Shown piece after piece: positions 1 through 13,705 of a stretch of 64,000 nucleotides of DNA (position 1 is its first letter; each line of letters starts with the position of its first letter). The notes under the pieces were generated by a model. It ran no database searches and was not told the DNA's origin. It saw only the letters and a list, made by a program, of their open reading frames with translations. Source of the DNA: Massalongia carnosa (taxonomy: Eukaryota); contig OZ287070.1 of the NCBI GenBank assembly GCA_965645245.1, positions 1,984,001 to 2,048,000 on the forward strand, written 5' to 3'. Both the position numbers and the translations under genes were made by a program.

Positions 1-170
1 AGCATTTTGGGAGTTTGTGTGGTTGTTGTTGTCGAGAGGAGAGGAGGACTTTCGGTGCCTTGTAGGGCTGAGGAAGGCTTGCGGATTTTCAGCCCCCTTC
101 GTAGATTGGCGACAGCGAGCAGATATGTACGTCGTCATGCTGCAAGGCACTAGCCGCAAGACTCGACGAT

Positions 171-2118
171 ATGCGACACTTGACAGGTATGCATATCCTC
201 AATTGACACCTCCTGGTCCACCCAAAATAGCAATTCACGTCTAACCTCTCCAGACACCCTCCTTGCAACCCTGATTCCCCTCAGCATCCTTCTCCATCTG
301 TCGCTTTCTCCGTACACGAAAGTGGAGGAATCCTTCAATATACAAGCTACGCATGACATTCTTACTTATGGCGTTCCTGTCACGCAGGCTGCCTCAAGGT
401 TGAGAGAGCAATACGATCATCTTACGTTCACGGGGCCGGTCCCTAGGACATTTGCGGGACCGTTGGTATTGGCGGTAGTGTCGTGGCCTGGGGCTTTGCT
501 ACTCGAGGGGGTGAATAGGCAGATTCTCGGTAGGCATTTTCTTCCTAGTATGCTGCGAAACAGAACGGGCTTGTTTCATTCAGAAATGCGGGGAGGCCTT
601 AGTATTTCGGCTTGGAGAAGAGAGAACGCTGATAGAAAAGTTATAGTTAGAGCTATCCTAGGGCTTTTCAACGCCTTCTGTCTCCTTTCGTTCCGCAATG
701 GCGTGCTCAGGGTGTTTGGACGAAGCACAGCAAATTGGTTCGTCGTCCTTCAGGCTGGACAATTTCACCTCATGTACTACGCTTCACGCACCTTGCCAAA
801 CTTCTTTGCATTCGGATTCAGTATGTCGAGCCATTCCGTCCAAAACCAGCATCATTCCTTCTAAGTATCATTAGCTACATTAGCCCTCCGTGATCTTCTC
901 CCCGATTCAGGGGGCACATTCGCTCGACCCACAAGCAGGCAGCGCTACAGACGAGCCCTAACAATCCTCACCGCCACGGGCGTGATATTTCGCTCCGAGA
1001 TTGCCCTCCTCCTTGGCACTCATACCCTCTACCTCCTCGCCTTTAAACGCAGCACTTTAAGCCTAGTCCGCGACATCATTCCCTCAGGCCTCCTAGGCCT
1101 TCTGATCGGTCTTTCCATCACTGTCCCTCTGGACTCCTACTTCTGGCTCCGCTTCCCTCTCTGGCCCGAGTTCTCCGCATTCAGCTACAACATTCTGGCC
1201 GGCCAGTCCTCCAGCTGGGGCACCTCCCCCTGGCATTTCTACCTCACTTCCGCGCTCCCCCGCCTCCTCTTCAATCCCCTTGTCTACCAAATCTACCTCC
1301 CCTTCACCCTCGCCATCCCCGCCCTTCGCCTGCCAGCCTGTGACATCCTCATTCCAAACCTTGCCTTCGTCGTGCTGTACAGCCTCCAGCCGCACAAGGA
1401 ATGGCGTTTCATCGTCTACACCATTCCGCCCCTGATCGCCGTCGCGTCCGCCGGCGCGGCCTGGATCTGGACCCGCCGCGCCAAATCGTCCGCCTACCGC
1501 CTCCTGGCCTTTTGTCTTGTCGCGAGCTCTTTGGCCGCATTCGCTGCCAGCGCCGCTATGCTGGCCGTCTCCCGTCTAAATTACCCTGGTGCCAAAGCGC
1601 TAGAGCAACTCCATGAACTGCACGCTCTTGGTAACCCCCATAGCGCGCGCAGGGAAGTGGTGCGCGTGCATCTAGACACCCTGACGTGCATGACGGGCGT
1701 GACGCGTTTTCTGCAACTGCCGCCACCGCCGCCGCTAGAAAACGGCACGTGGTGGCTCTACGACAAGTCCGAAGACTCGACGGAGCTCCTGCACCCGGCG
1801 TTCTGGGACCGGGTTGACTACGCGCTCGCGGAGCGGGTAGAGACGGTGATTGGAAAATGGCAGCTTTTGGGCATGGTGCAGGGGTACAGTGGCGTGGAGA
1901 TTGTGAGACTGTCGGATAAGGTGGGGGATGATATCGTAGGGGTGGCCAAGAAACAGGGAGGAGGAGGAGACGGTTCGGTATCGGTTGGCATGGGCGATGT
2001 CTGGGAAAGCTTGGGGGGTTGGGCCAGGAGATGGGTTACGGGCGGGTGGTGGGTGCGGGTTCGGATGGAGCCACAGATTCGGATTTTGCGGAAGCAGAGA
2101 TCGGGAGGGGATGGATAG
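171..2118 (+). CDS. ALG12: Dol-P-Man alpha-1,6-mannosyltransferase (GT22), multi-exon
   Basis: Motifs PYTKVEESFNIQATHD, GPVPRTF, FHLMYYASRTLPNFFA, IFRSE, QPHKEWRFIVY, NYPGA, MTGVTRF; ATG 171 with GT-AG intron 187-253 and further introns. Confidence 0.93.
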
Positions 2119-2629
2119 GGCCGAGGCGTGTCTATGTAGGTGTGGGTAAATGAAATGCTGTGTGGTGGTTTCGCGCTTCTTTTTGGTAGTTGCTACTTTC
2201 CGGACTTATCTCTCTTTCCGTATGCCTCCTGAAAAGAAAAGAAAGAAAAGAAAATAAAAAAGTATAGATGCTACAGTCATGGTTATTGTGTGGAGACAAA
2301 TGGATTGAAGAACGGGATGGCGGAGAGTTTAGGTGCCCCTTTTATGGGGGGAGGGTTTACTTTTGAGATAATAATAAATGGCATGTGGTGGTGGTGGTGG
2401 TGGTGGGTGGAGTTGCATGCATTGCATTACGTTGCGGATAAATACGTAGATGGATAGATTAAGTCGCTGCCTGGAATGCGATGTGATGGGTTGGGTTGGG
2501 TTGGGAAGGGGGTGTAGAGGTACCTGAAGGTATATATACACACGCTAGGCGGAGCAATGGGGGAGGGGGTTTTGGGAGCCCTCCTATCGACGAAACGCCC
2601 TCTCTCTTTCTCTTTCCCTGACGAGATTT

Positions 2630-4104
2630 TCACCCTCCAAGCTCCCCAACCCTCCCCTCCAACTCCTTGACCCAGTTCTCAATCACCCTCGCATTCCCGG
2701 CCATAGTCCTCTCCCCAGCTTCCACCGCCTTCTCCACCGCCGCCAAGCCCTCCCTCCAGCTCCGCATTTCGTCCGCCATTTCTTCCTGCCTCCTCTCCAG
2801 TGCCGCCAGCAGGTCGCTCGCGCTAGCCGCGTCGGCGTGGATCGTTTGTAGAGAGCGTAGGCGGTCGAGCACGGCGGGGAGGAGAGGCGCTAGGGACTCA
2901 ATAGTGGGAAGAGTGCCGTATAGCGCGTTGATCCTAGAGATTTGCTCTGGGTCCTCAACGCTGATTGCGGGCATAACAGTTTCGGCTTGTGGACGTCCCG
3001 AATCGCTGGTTTCCGCAAGAAGGGCTTCGTGGGCGGCTTTAGCGGCGAGGCGGGCGTCAGCAAGTTTCTGTGTATCGTGCGTGAGTTGGCGAACTCTTCT
3101 GCTAGTCAAGTCAAGTGAGGACTCGGTGGAGAGGGATAGGGTGGCAATTTGCCGGTCTAGAGAGTCTAAAAGGGGGAAGATTGCTTTTGGAGGGGGGCGA
3201 TCCTGCGCAGGGAGGGGCAGGGTAGAAATCCCCAGGGCGGTTTCGAGGAAAGCTATGCGGGCGGAGAAGTCGGCGACCTTGGAAAGAAGGGGTGCGGATT
3301 GGTGGATTGGGGTTTGGATTATGGTTGAGGCTGCGCTGTCTGGACTTGGATCAAGGGGTTCTGTCATCGAGAGGCGGGCTTTGGACGTGTCATATGTCCT
3401 CGAAGCCGCGCTTATCTTTTTGACGATCCTGCTTGCCGCACCTTCCGAATTGGATGTATCTGTGCCGTCCAACGCTCGACTTAAGGCTTTCAGCGTGTCC
3501 ACCTCATCTAACTGAGGCTTCGCCTCGCCATTCGCTTCTCTAGTTTTTCGCCTCTCGAATTCACTTTTTACCTCTGTGACCTCTTGACGTAGACGAGCAA
3601 CCTTTCTCTCTAAACTTTCTTCGTCCTCATCACTCAAGCCTAGTTCTTCGACTACTTCGAAGCCGTCTCTGTGCCTTCTTTTGCTGGAATCTCGATACTG
3701 CCTTCGTTTGGTATTGATTCGGCTTGAGGACCCTAAATCTCTTCTGTTTCTTTGGGCAGGTAAAAAGTGACTTCGAGCTTCGTCTGGGTCGAGTCGATGC
3801 CGGTCTATCCCTCCGCTGTCATCTCCGTCTGGATCATAATAGGACGAGGCGGGAGACTCCGAGCGAAGGGCTGTAGATGTCTCGGGATGCCGTTAGCCTA
3901 GAAAGCTACCGACAACTTGATCTGTTGGGTTAAGATTCACCTGTGGAGTTGAGTTATCGTCAGTTAGCTCGGGGGTTTCATAGACGTCTGGAGCAGCATC
4001 CTATCCATATCGTTGAAAAGGGTTAATGAATTTATAATTCCTTAAAGGAAGGAAACACGACTTACAAGGTCTGGTAAGGCAGCATATTTCCGGCCGTCAG
4101 ACAT
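2630..4104 (-). CDS. Dynactin subunit 2 (dynamitin/p50)
   Basis: N-terminus MSDGRKYAALPDL-(intron)-DAAPDVYETPELTDD; ESLERKVARLRQEV; LYGTLPTIESLAPLLPAVLDRLRSLQTIHADA; coiled-coil C-terminus. Confidence 0.88.
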
Positions 4105-4705
4105 GCTTGAAGCCAGTTCGATCTTGGATCAACAGATAGACCTTTTCATGCTGATTGCTCAACTCCGGTAAAATACAGGAGTTAGTTGGATCACGTGATG
4201 GACTGGCTAGTTATTCCTTCCAAAGATTGTGCGTCTACCGTGTAACAAAGCTCCAATTATCACTCCATCACGGGCACATAGCCTTCGTGCGGCCTGTGTA
4301 TTACAAAAATACCAACATTGGCAATTTCCCAGTTATGGCATTCTTACCAAGGGCGGAGCCAGGAGCATTGGGAAGCGTGCAGATGTTATTTGATTGATGA
4401 AGGGCGGTTAAGAAAATAAGTGCATAGTGAGGCGACTTTTAGCACTCTTCCTTTTCCCATCCTTTGCGATTGGAATCCAGAAACTTGTGCTGGTACGGCA
4501 GATTATTTTCTCGAGTTGGTGATCTCACTGTAACAAGCTTCACGGATATAAGGGCGAAATTGGCGAAGCCCAAGTGTCAGGGTGAAAAGAGTGAAGAAAG
4601 AGCACATTCAAAAGAAAGGGATCCTTTGATGTTTGAAATAGTCTATTCTGAACCAAGATCCTAACCCTATATGAGTCGTAACACATCGTAAAGTCCAAAT
4701 GCTCC

Positions 4706-5465
4706 TTATTGTTGGTAGTTATAGACCAGGCGTGCCTGTTTCCAATCGTCTCCTTTGCGCACTACGACATGTCGCACATAGTAGCGTTTACCCTGTAAGA
4801 TTTCAAAGCCCCAGATCTGCGAAAGGGAGAAGGAGTCAGCACCAGAAACAACCAGATTTTACCCATAACCCACGTGCGCTTTGGGGAAATGAACTGATAA
4901 TAAAAACCAGACAACGACCTACCTGGTTGGCAGTCCACCCCGCATCCCGACTTACAACCCAACTCTGCACATGATTTCCCTTCAAATCATCCCATCCCGT
5001 TTTCAAAAACTCATCATCATCCACGTCCTGCAGCTTCACCCATCTTGCTTGTCCATTCACAGTCCCGAAAATCCCATCCTTGTGCTCTCGTGGCGTCCAA
5101 TCCAGCGTACGCAACTCCGTCGTGCCGGATATACCGCCCGTGGCTGTCTGCGCGATATCGATATGCGTGGTTCCAGCTGTATCAACGTACTGGGTGATAG
5201 AGAGGGTAATAGTGGCGAGCGAGATGGCTTTGCGGAGGAACCAGCCTACGCCTTGCTTTGTTTTCTGTTATCACTAAGGCGTCAGGAAGTGGGTGAAGAG
5301 AAGGAGAATACCAATGCTAGAATTGGATCGGTATCATCGGAGAGGGTTTTATTCTGAAAATGAGGAGTAATTAGATGTGGGGGTCGCGACGGAGGGGTAA
5401 AGTAAGCTGACCATGACCCATTTTCCGGAGAGGTCTTTCAGGGTGATTTCGGGGGGTGCTGCCAT
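4706..5465 (-). CDS. Conserved fungal protein (family often loosely annotated 'LCCL domain-containing'; function uncertain)
   Basis: Spliced reading MAAPPEITLKDLSGKWVM/NKTLSDDTDPILAL/QGVGWFLRKAISLATITL...GWTANQ/IWGFEILQGKRYYVRHVV...VYNYQQ*; three GT-AG introns. Confidence 0.75.
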
Positions 5466-6243
5466 GATACGGTTTATGCAGGAAGAAGCTAGAGGATGGA
5501 TGATTGATAGAATGTTTCCCTTCAAGGCCTTGTGCCTTGTGGATATTGAGCAGGGGAGTAAGTATCAGGTTAGCTCCATACTTTACCCCTCGCACGTGCC
5601 TACTAGGCACTCCCTAGTTAACGACCTACTCCAGCCTTATAAGAGCTACCTAGTTACTCCGTGTCAAAAGGTCTTGGCGGAGGTCTTCGGCATGCCCTGG
5701 TTTTCCGGGCGATACGAGGGACGAGGGACGAGGGACGCGGGTGGTGAAAGAGTCTAAACGAATGGATGTAAAGAACTTTTAGCTCAAGGCGGCCTCGGTG
5801 TTTCGGTGCGAAGCAGCTGAAGAATGGCAATGGTAAGGTTCTTTTAGGGAAGGGAAGGGTAGGTTTGGAAGAGGGTTGACCGGGACTAAGGGGGGGAGGG
5901 GGGAGAAGGTTAAATAGGACGAAGGTGAGGTAAGCGTACGAGACGAATGGTGCTTGAGGTTCATCTGACTCTAGGATGACAAGGTTTCGTTTCTAAAAGA
6001 ATTTCCGAGCTATGAGGGGTCTAGTTAGGGTTGCGTTGCAATCGCATAAGATAGGTAGACCTGATAGAGAAATTCCCAATCGATTGAAACAACATTTCTC
6101 CAACTCCCATGTAGGCGCCATTATGAACCCGCAGAAATCAAACTCTTTGCCGATTTATTTGGTATTCATCTTTATTCCCAACCTTAGGCGCTGCATCCCA
6201 GATGTCTTTGGACTAGGGTCTGTACAAGAATCCAACGGCGAGA

Positions 6244-7174
6244 TCAATTCCCCATACTAGGATTACTAGGATTACTCTGCTTTTGGTGTAGGGATTGCGG
6301 AGTCGTGTTTATGGGCCTGTTCCAGATCGCCCGTGTGTCAGATGGAGACCCTATCCATTGATCGGCTTCGGAAGGCGTATTCATAGGCCCGTGGTTATTC
6401 AACAAGGTTGGCGAGCACGACGCATTTGCCTCTCCGTTTGGCTGACACACCGGCTTGTTTCCAGAGGTAGGAGAGGGGGGTTGAGGAAGCTGGTTTGTAT
6501 TTTGTTTCTGCTCCAGGCTTGATGGTGTTGGCTGAGTGTTATCCTCTGGAGGGGGCGTTTCGGGTTCATGATCCGTTGATGTTTCCTGCGGTGTTTTAAT
6601 ACCTTCCCTGGTTGGCGTTTCTTTCCCATGAACTAATTGCGCCGGCGGAGAGACTATTTGGTCGGTATGCTGAGCCGGGGGCGGGATGGTGCTAGGGGAA
6701 TCAATTGACCCAAAGCTTTGCATCTTGAGAGTGTCCTGGACAGCTTTGAAATCATCGGAAAACTTCTCCTCCGGCGTCCTGGTGTCACCAGCAAGGAGGA
6801 AGTCGTTGTTTTCGAGGGGCGACGCTGAGCTTTCTGCAGGGAGCAAGCCAGTATTTTCGGGAGAGACGGCAGGATCTTCTGGAAGGAAGAAGTCGAGGAA
6901 GTCTTTCTTTGCCAGTTTCTCCATCTGCAACTGTTTAGCATCTTTCAATCCATCAATTCTACCGACATGACGATATTACTGGCTGTAATGCGGGGGTAGC
7001 TGCCATGGAGCGCTTCTCCAAGTTCGTCATAGATTTTTGTATGACCTGGGAGCGATAATTGATATCATTTGGATTGTATACATTATCTGCTCTGGTGTTG
7101 AAAACTGGTCGGGCAAGAGCAGGAGAGCTCAGCGTGAAAACCGCCGACCCGAAAAGAACAGGTACAAAACGCAT
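6244..7174 (-). CDS. Putative secreted low-complexity (P/S/T/Q-rich) orphan protein
   Basis: Signal-peptide-like MRFVPVLFGSAVFTLSSPALA; LEKR dibasic site; a short GTAATA...GCTAAAC...CAG intron near 6925-6979 joins ORF 6959-7174 in frame to ORF 6244-6948. Confidence 0.6.
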
Positions 7175-8031
7175 TGCTTTAGATTGGAATCCTCAGCAAC
7201 GAGAATACAGCGTATATACAGATATAGGAAATCGACGGATGCAAAGAGACGGGGAGTACAGAAGGAGCATGTGTTCACGGCGGATAGTGGGCTGAATCAT
7301 AAAAGGTCCATGCAGGAACGTGTCTCTCGGCGGAGGAGGGAGACGGCACTGTTATGACGTTGAAGAGATGTTTTGTTTGCACCGCCATGTGTGAAAAAGC
7401 CTTGGCCACCCATGAAGACATCCAGTATACTGGTATGCAAGCACTCGGGTTAAGAGTGTTTCTCCAAGCCGCTTTAAGGCAAAAGCAATAGATAAGTACG
7501 CCGTTACTTTCGGAAGCTGAACATCAGTGGTGTTCTCGACACGCAGATTGTTCTCTTTTTTCATGACTGATTAGCTTCATCAATCGCAAATGATATGTAG
7601 CCAAGGAGAAAAACATATGTCCGTGGCGGTTGATCACTGTAGAAGTAGCTCCTCCTGCCCTCAAAAGGAACCTACATCATACGGTTGGGCAAAATGAATT
7701 CAGGTGGCGTTGACAGTCGGTTCACTCGGCCTGGCGACCGATAAAAACCGGTAGCCTACGAGAATAGGTACTTGTCAGGTAATCCATATGGAGTACTCTA
7801 TACTCTGTATAGCATTGTCTTTAGACTGCTTTGACCCGCAACTTACTCTCCATTGCTGTTGAGAATCATACTCGGAGTTAAACTTCATGTTTCAGGAAAA
7901 TATGAAACCGTGGTCACTCACGGCTTAGAACGGAGAAACAAAGGGCTACCACACGGCTCGGATATACAGAGTACTAGATCAAGCATGCGCTATATGTCTA
8001 TGACTTGCTTTTTTAAAATAAATTATACTCC

Positions 8032-8106
8032 GTAATTGTGCTAAACCACTTCCGGAATGGAAGGGAGGGATGCCCTTCCATTCCGAAAGTGGTTTAGCAC
8101 GATTAC
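8032..8106. repeat. 75-bp near-perfect palindrome (minimal MITE-like hairpin)
   Basis: Arms GTAATTGTGCTAAACCACTTCCGGAATGGAAGGG / CCCTTCCATTCCGAAAGTGGTTTAGCACGATTAC, 34 bp with 2 mismatches, 7-nt loop. Confidence 0.9.
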
Positions 8107-8139
8107 TTCCCTACTAATACTGAAAGTGGAGGCCTAACC

Positions 8140-10753
8140 GTGCGACCGAGGTAAATCCGATGGACCGCAACCGGAGCTATGCTCCAGGTGCGGCTCACCT
8201 CCATGACGCTATCATCTCCATGACGCATTTTTAAAAAATTTCTATCATCTACCATCAACCATTTATTATTCAACCACATCAGGGCTGATTAGTACAAGAA
8301 ATGAGAGGCTAACATTGCAAAGGCCTTAGATGCATTTGCAAAGAACACATACAAATTGTAATGGGCTACGAGACCAGTAAGCTAATCACGAGCGACACTG
8401 ATCTCGAAAGGGGAAATGCTCAGCGTGAGAGGTGGAAGATAGCTACTACGTGCTAGTCTCCGAGAGTATACGTGATCCAAAGAACTAACGGATGTGGAAG
8501 TGCTTAGACCAAAAGATCTCGTCCGAGACCCAAACGTAGGTTGTTCATAGAATAAAGACTAATTGCTAACGAATACTACAGGATTCGTTCTGGTATTTAT
8601 CCTACTCACATCAAGCCTATAGCCTTGGGAGCCTTGGAACCTTAGGAGCCTTGCAACCCACTTCTGACCTTTAAAGGTTGAAGCTGAAGTTTACACCGGG
8701 GAGGCCGAGCTCAAGCTGCGTCCAGCTAGCCGTGCCTCCTGCTACAACTCTTGATCCATCAAGAGATCGAGTAGCTCCGAGTAGGCCAGTAGATTCCATA
8801 TAGAGTTCACGGCTAGTCTCCACAGGAGTTCGCCTTACTCCATGGCAATCTACGACCACGGCCTCGGCAGGTGTTTGATCTGTAAGCAGTCTAGAACGTA
8901 GTAACAACTAATTCGGAGTTGTGTGGCAAGGTGGCGTCGTGTCAGCCTCGACGGCTATGCGACTAAGTACTACGGCTTGGCTCATGCTAGTTAATCCCGC
9001 AACCGCCGTAGGCGATCACGTATCCCTCTAGCGCCATCCGCATTACACAAATCAGCCGCAGCCTGTGCCAAAGAATTCGATATTTCACCTCGTCTATTTC
9101 AAAGAAGACTACATGGATATAGCAAGCGAAAAGCAGTCAATATGAGGCTGTCTGCTGCACTAGAACTAGCCCTGAAGGAGTATATTGAATTTCTTGATGA
9201 TATTGACTTATCAATGAGATTGCCATTGATTCGCGGTGCAGCTAATTATTTGTTGCAATTGCAACATCCTTCCTCGTCTTCATCTTCTCTCACCCGCGTA
9301 GGAAAATGCTGGACCGGACGATTCTTGAAAAGAAATCCCCAATTTTTCATGCAAAAAGGCAAGCCATTAGCAGCCGAACGGAAAAACGCTCACAACGTTA
9401 CGGATATTCAAACTTATTTCTCTTCATTTCAATCAACTGTAGCCCTTCTTGGTATAACTCCAGATGATATATGGAATATGGATGAGACAGGCTTTCGAGT
9501 TGGCTGTGGGGTAACCCATTTGGTGGTGACACTATCATCACATAAATGAATTATGATCGCTAATCCAGACAATCGAGACTATATAACTTCGGTCGAATGC
9601 ATTAATGGAGTTGGCGGAAGCGTTCCATCCTTTTTGATTTTGAAAGGGGTCAACATACTTCACAAATGGGCCTTAGAGAATAATTTGAAAGATGATATCG
9701 TGTTGACTACAAGCGATAGTGGCTATTCGAATGATTGTCTAGCATTAGAGTAGTTAAAGCATTTTAATTCTCATTCAAAAAAGGTTTAAAAAGGAGCGTT
9801 TAGGCTTCTTTTGTTGGATGGATATGGATCTCATCTAACGTATGAATTTTGGGAATATTCGAAAGAAAATAAGATCTGTTTATTCAGATTACCCCCCAAT
9901 TCAACCCATTTAACGCAGCCATTGGACGTTGGTGTTTTTCAGCCAATGAAACATTATCATGCTGAAGCGGTTGACAACGCCATTCGGTTGGGTGACGTTG
10001 ACTTCAATCTTCTGGATTTTCTGGCCGCATTCAATCAATTTCGTACAAAGGCATTCAAATCATCTACTATCAAATCGGCCTGGGAAAAAACTTGGTTGAT
10101 ACCTTACAATCCGGAGGTAGTCTTGACCAAAATTCGTGCTTTAAATCCGGCATTACCACCACTACCAATATCATCTTCGGAGACAATAATCCTACCTCAT
10201 ACCCCCAAAAAGCCCAAAGACGTTGCTAAGGCAGGGGAAAACATTATTCAGCGAATGAATAATAATTAAGAAATTACTCCAGAAAGAATGCGACGTTTTA
10301 TCAAAGGGTCGGTTGCAAACGCTAATTTACTAGAATTGACGCAACGCGACTTGCAAGCCACACATATAGCTGCATCAGCTAAAAGGGCCCGAGAAAAGCT
10401 TGCTAGCACCGTTGTTCAGAAGGGAGGAATCGTTACCGTTCGAGATGTGAGGCACAATCACCTACATCGTACCTAAGAAGAGGTGGAAAGGGAGGAGGGT
10501 CGTCAAAAGCGTGCTGAGACGGCTAGACAAAAGAAAATATTTCTCTATGGAAAAGTGATAGCTAAACGGTTTGGCTTGGTGGGTAAAAAGGCCGAAAGCT
10601 GGATAGATGAACGTCAGCCTTTGATTTTGAATAGCTTCATTTTGAAAGGGTCAATCAATGGATATAATGTAAATAGTTTGAGAAATACGTCATGGAGATG
10701 ATAGCGTCATGGAGGTGAGCCGCACCTGGGGTGCGGTCCAACCTCGGTCGCAC
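8140..10753 (+). mobile_element. Pogo/Fot1-type (Tc1-mariner) DNA transposon, inactivated
   Basis: TIRs containing CCAGGTGCGGCTCACCTCCATGACGCTATCATCTCCATGACG at both ends in inverted orientation; single-frame transposase with HTH, WNMDETGF, LLDGYGSH and QPLDVGVF motifs broken by in-frame stops (9547, 9751, 9786, 10267, 10474). Confidence 0.92.
8357..9047. mobile_element. Solo LTR nested in the pogo transposase
   Basis: TGTAATG...CATTACA termini; 5-bp TSD CAAAT (8352-8356, 9048-9052); removal restores HTH reading IAKALDAFAKNTYKSAAACAKEFDISPRLFQRRLHG. Confidence 0.88.
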
Positions 10754-12145
10754 CGAATACACTGGAGTTTTGGTGTGCATAGCAGAGCTGTTGAGAGGTG
10801 GCATACGCTACATAAATGTACAATTTTTCCTTACTAGTCAGCAGACCTACATAACTAGGATTTTATCTTGATTGTAATCATCGCTGCCTTCTGCTTTACT
10901 TCTTGTGCTCCTGCAATGTATCGACACCAGGAATCCTAGACAAATACCTCGATTAGGTTTTGTGTGAGCGGTGAAATAGGATTGAGCAAGTTTGTTTTGC
11001 CATCGTTTCTTCGACTGCACGCCCTAACGTCAGTAACCATGGCCTGCTTGAGCTCAGGATGGTTTTTACGAGGTCGATAAACCACAGACTTCAACAAAGC
11101 GGCCGAATCTGCATGTTCATAGAGTTATAGTATTTCTATTTTAAATTCATATTCTTTTTGTTGACTTCACTGTCTTCTTATAACAGGCAAGATCAAGTTT
11201 TTTATACAAAGTTTTGTTTTTTTCCCTCTTGTTTTTGCTTTTCAATATCTATCTCCAAACTAGTCATCAACTTCCTCCATATGCTCAAAATACCCACTGC
11301 CATCCAAAGGAGCAACGCTTATCTTCTTCAACCCTCTTTATTCGGCCGAAATCTTACCTGTCACGCCTGCGAAGAAGTTCAAAGTCATCTAACGTTAAAG
11401 ACCACAAAAACGCTGTAGGGTGTTCATCAGGATACCCGCCCGCTGAACCATAAGGGGGAGAGATCTTCCGCTTCCTTAGGTCCAACAAACACATTTGTTC
11501 TGAAGATCCAAAGCTATCAGCCTACTATGTGGTTAGTGCTAAAGTAAACGATTAATACATAAATGATGCTTGTTGCGACTCGATTGTATTCATGGTAATA
11601 AGTCCACATCACCAATCAAACCGAAGTATTCCTCTTAGTCTACAAGAGATTGCAGGCTTTGGATGGAAATCTCAGATCCCATACCAGTCAATGTCAGTTG
11701 TACAGCTGAGCTGGCTTATGGAACAATCCACCCCAACCAAACCCCGGGACCCGAAAATCGCGACAACCACCCATTTTGATCAAACCATATTAAACCTTCC
11801 TTGGCTATGTATCCATATCTCTGACCCTATCTATTCAGGTATACATTCATCAACTCATTCGCTCATTGTAGCATGCTTTCGTCCAGCTATAACTACATAG
11901 TCTCCTTATAGTTCTATGCAACCTTATTACATAAAGAAAACTCGAATCCGAACCAAACCAAACCAATTCAATTCCTTTTGAAAAAGACCAAATAAAAATT
12001 CTCATTTAGTGAAGTGCTAGATAGCTTCACCCCTGTCTTTCCGCATCATGCCTCTGAAAAAAACCTTCCAGCCTGAAATTTATTGATATTATAAAGATAT
12101 TTACATCGCCATCTTCTCTCTTCACCGGAAAAGTCCTACAAAGCC

Positions 12146-13705
12146 TTACGTAAAACCCTCCTCCCCCCCAGCCGCCCTCATCAAAAGACCCTTCATCCCC
12201 CCCCACCGCTCCACAAGTCCCAACCCCAACCCTCTCACCCCAACCCCAACCCACCCCTCCATCCCATACAGCCAATGCAGCTTGTCCACTACGCCCAACA
12301 TCCTCGCGTTGCGCGCATATATCCTGCTCTGATACGCCTCCAGGTTCGCTTCCACGCCAATGTCCCCTCCATGCGTGACGCAATCCTGGATTGTGGCTGC
12401 TAGAGCGCTCACGTCACCAAGGCCCATATTCAGCCCCTGGCCGGCTAGGGGGTGGATCGTGTGTGCTGCATCGCCTACGAGTGCAACGCGGGAAGCGATG
12501 TAACTGTCTGCATGGCGGAGACGAAGGGGGAAAGATGCTACTGAGTTGGGCTGAATTGCCTTGACGCAGCGGGGAAGAGGGGAAGGGTTTGGGGCGCCGA
12601 TGACGTGGTTTTTCCGCCAGTCGAGTTCGGCGTCTTGGCCGGATGGGATGGTGAACATGTATTTGATATCAACAGGCTCGAGGCGAAAGGCGGCATTTAT
12701 CATAGCGGCTAAGTCGACACTTCCAAGAGACTTTAGATGCGTGGCTTGGTCGGGCGTGACTGTCCAGACAAGAGTTGCGTAATCGTTAGGGAGAGCCAGT
12801 AGCGCAATCGGGCCCGAAGGTAGGAAGCGTTGATATGCTGTTGCTATTTCAGAGGCAAAATTTGAGTCGTAAAGGTCTCCTGCTGCAAGTTTGACGGTAG
12901 CTACAACGCCATGTCGATCATAGTCCCAGCCACGCGAGGGAATACCTGCAAAGGTACGGGCAGGACTGCTTAAGCCGTCTGCACCGACTAGAAGGCGGGC
13001 GGCAATTGTGTGGCCGGAGGAGAGCCTAATATGGGGGTAGGAGGAGAGGTTGAGGGGTGTGGTGACGTTGGATTGTGAAGGTGGAGGTCCCAGATCGATA
13101 GCGGTAACAGAAGTGTTATCGAAGACAGAAGTTGAAGGCAGGCTAGCAAGGCGAGCGAGTAATGCACGGGTAAGGTTTGCGTTTTCCGTCATGTAGGCTA
13201 TTGGCGGTTGAGGGGGGGGGTTGTCGAAAGAGATACTTGAGGAGGATGCGAGGCCATCCCAAACACGCATGTGGTGATATGGCTGGACTCGGGAGATATC
13301 AAGGTGAGGCCACGCGCCAATCTGAGAGAGAAATGATAGAGATGAAGGGGTCAAAGAGCTGGCGCGGTTGGAAAACTGTGATGGGGGAAGGTCCCAGGAC
13401 CGGAGGGGCGTGAGGTCTTGCGATTCAATAAGGGCGATTTTGAGATGTGAGGTCCGACTGGAAGTACCTTTTTCATCACCAGCGTCAGTTTTTAGTAAGA
13501 TATTGTTTCTCTAAGGGTTCTCATCCATACGTAATGCTGTCAAGAGACTGAGTCCAGCCGGCCCGCCGCCAATGCAAACCAGATCGTAGATGTCTATGGT
13601 AGTTGCTGTGGCATACTTCCTGTTCCGCAGGTTGATTGAGCGTGCGCATGAAAAACATACATAAGGTTTGAGGATGGACCAGAGAGAGCGTGGCTGCAGT
13701 TTCAT
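12146..13705 (-). CDS. COQ6: Ubiquinone biosynthesis FAD monooxygenase
   Basis: YDLVCIGGGPAGLSL, LLVGADG, AYQRFLPSGPIALL, RVALVGDAAHTIHPLAGQGLNMGLGDV; mitochondrial-presequence-like N-terminus; one intron. Confidence 0.95.

Noticed and set aside
2667..3515. 282-aa plus-strand ORF and similar long antisense ORFs (e.g. 18321-18827, 30150-30635)
   Set aside because: Antisense shadows of real genes
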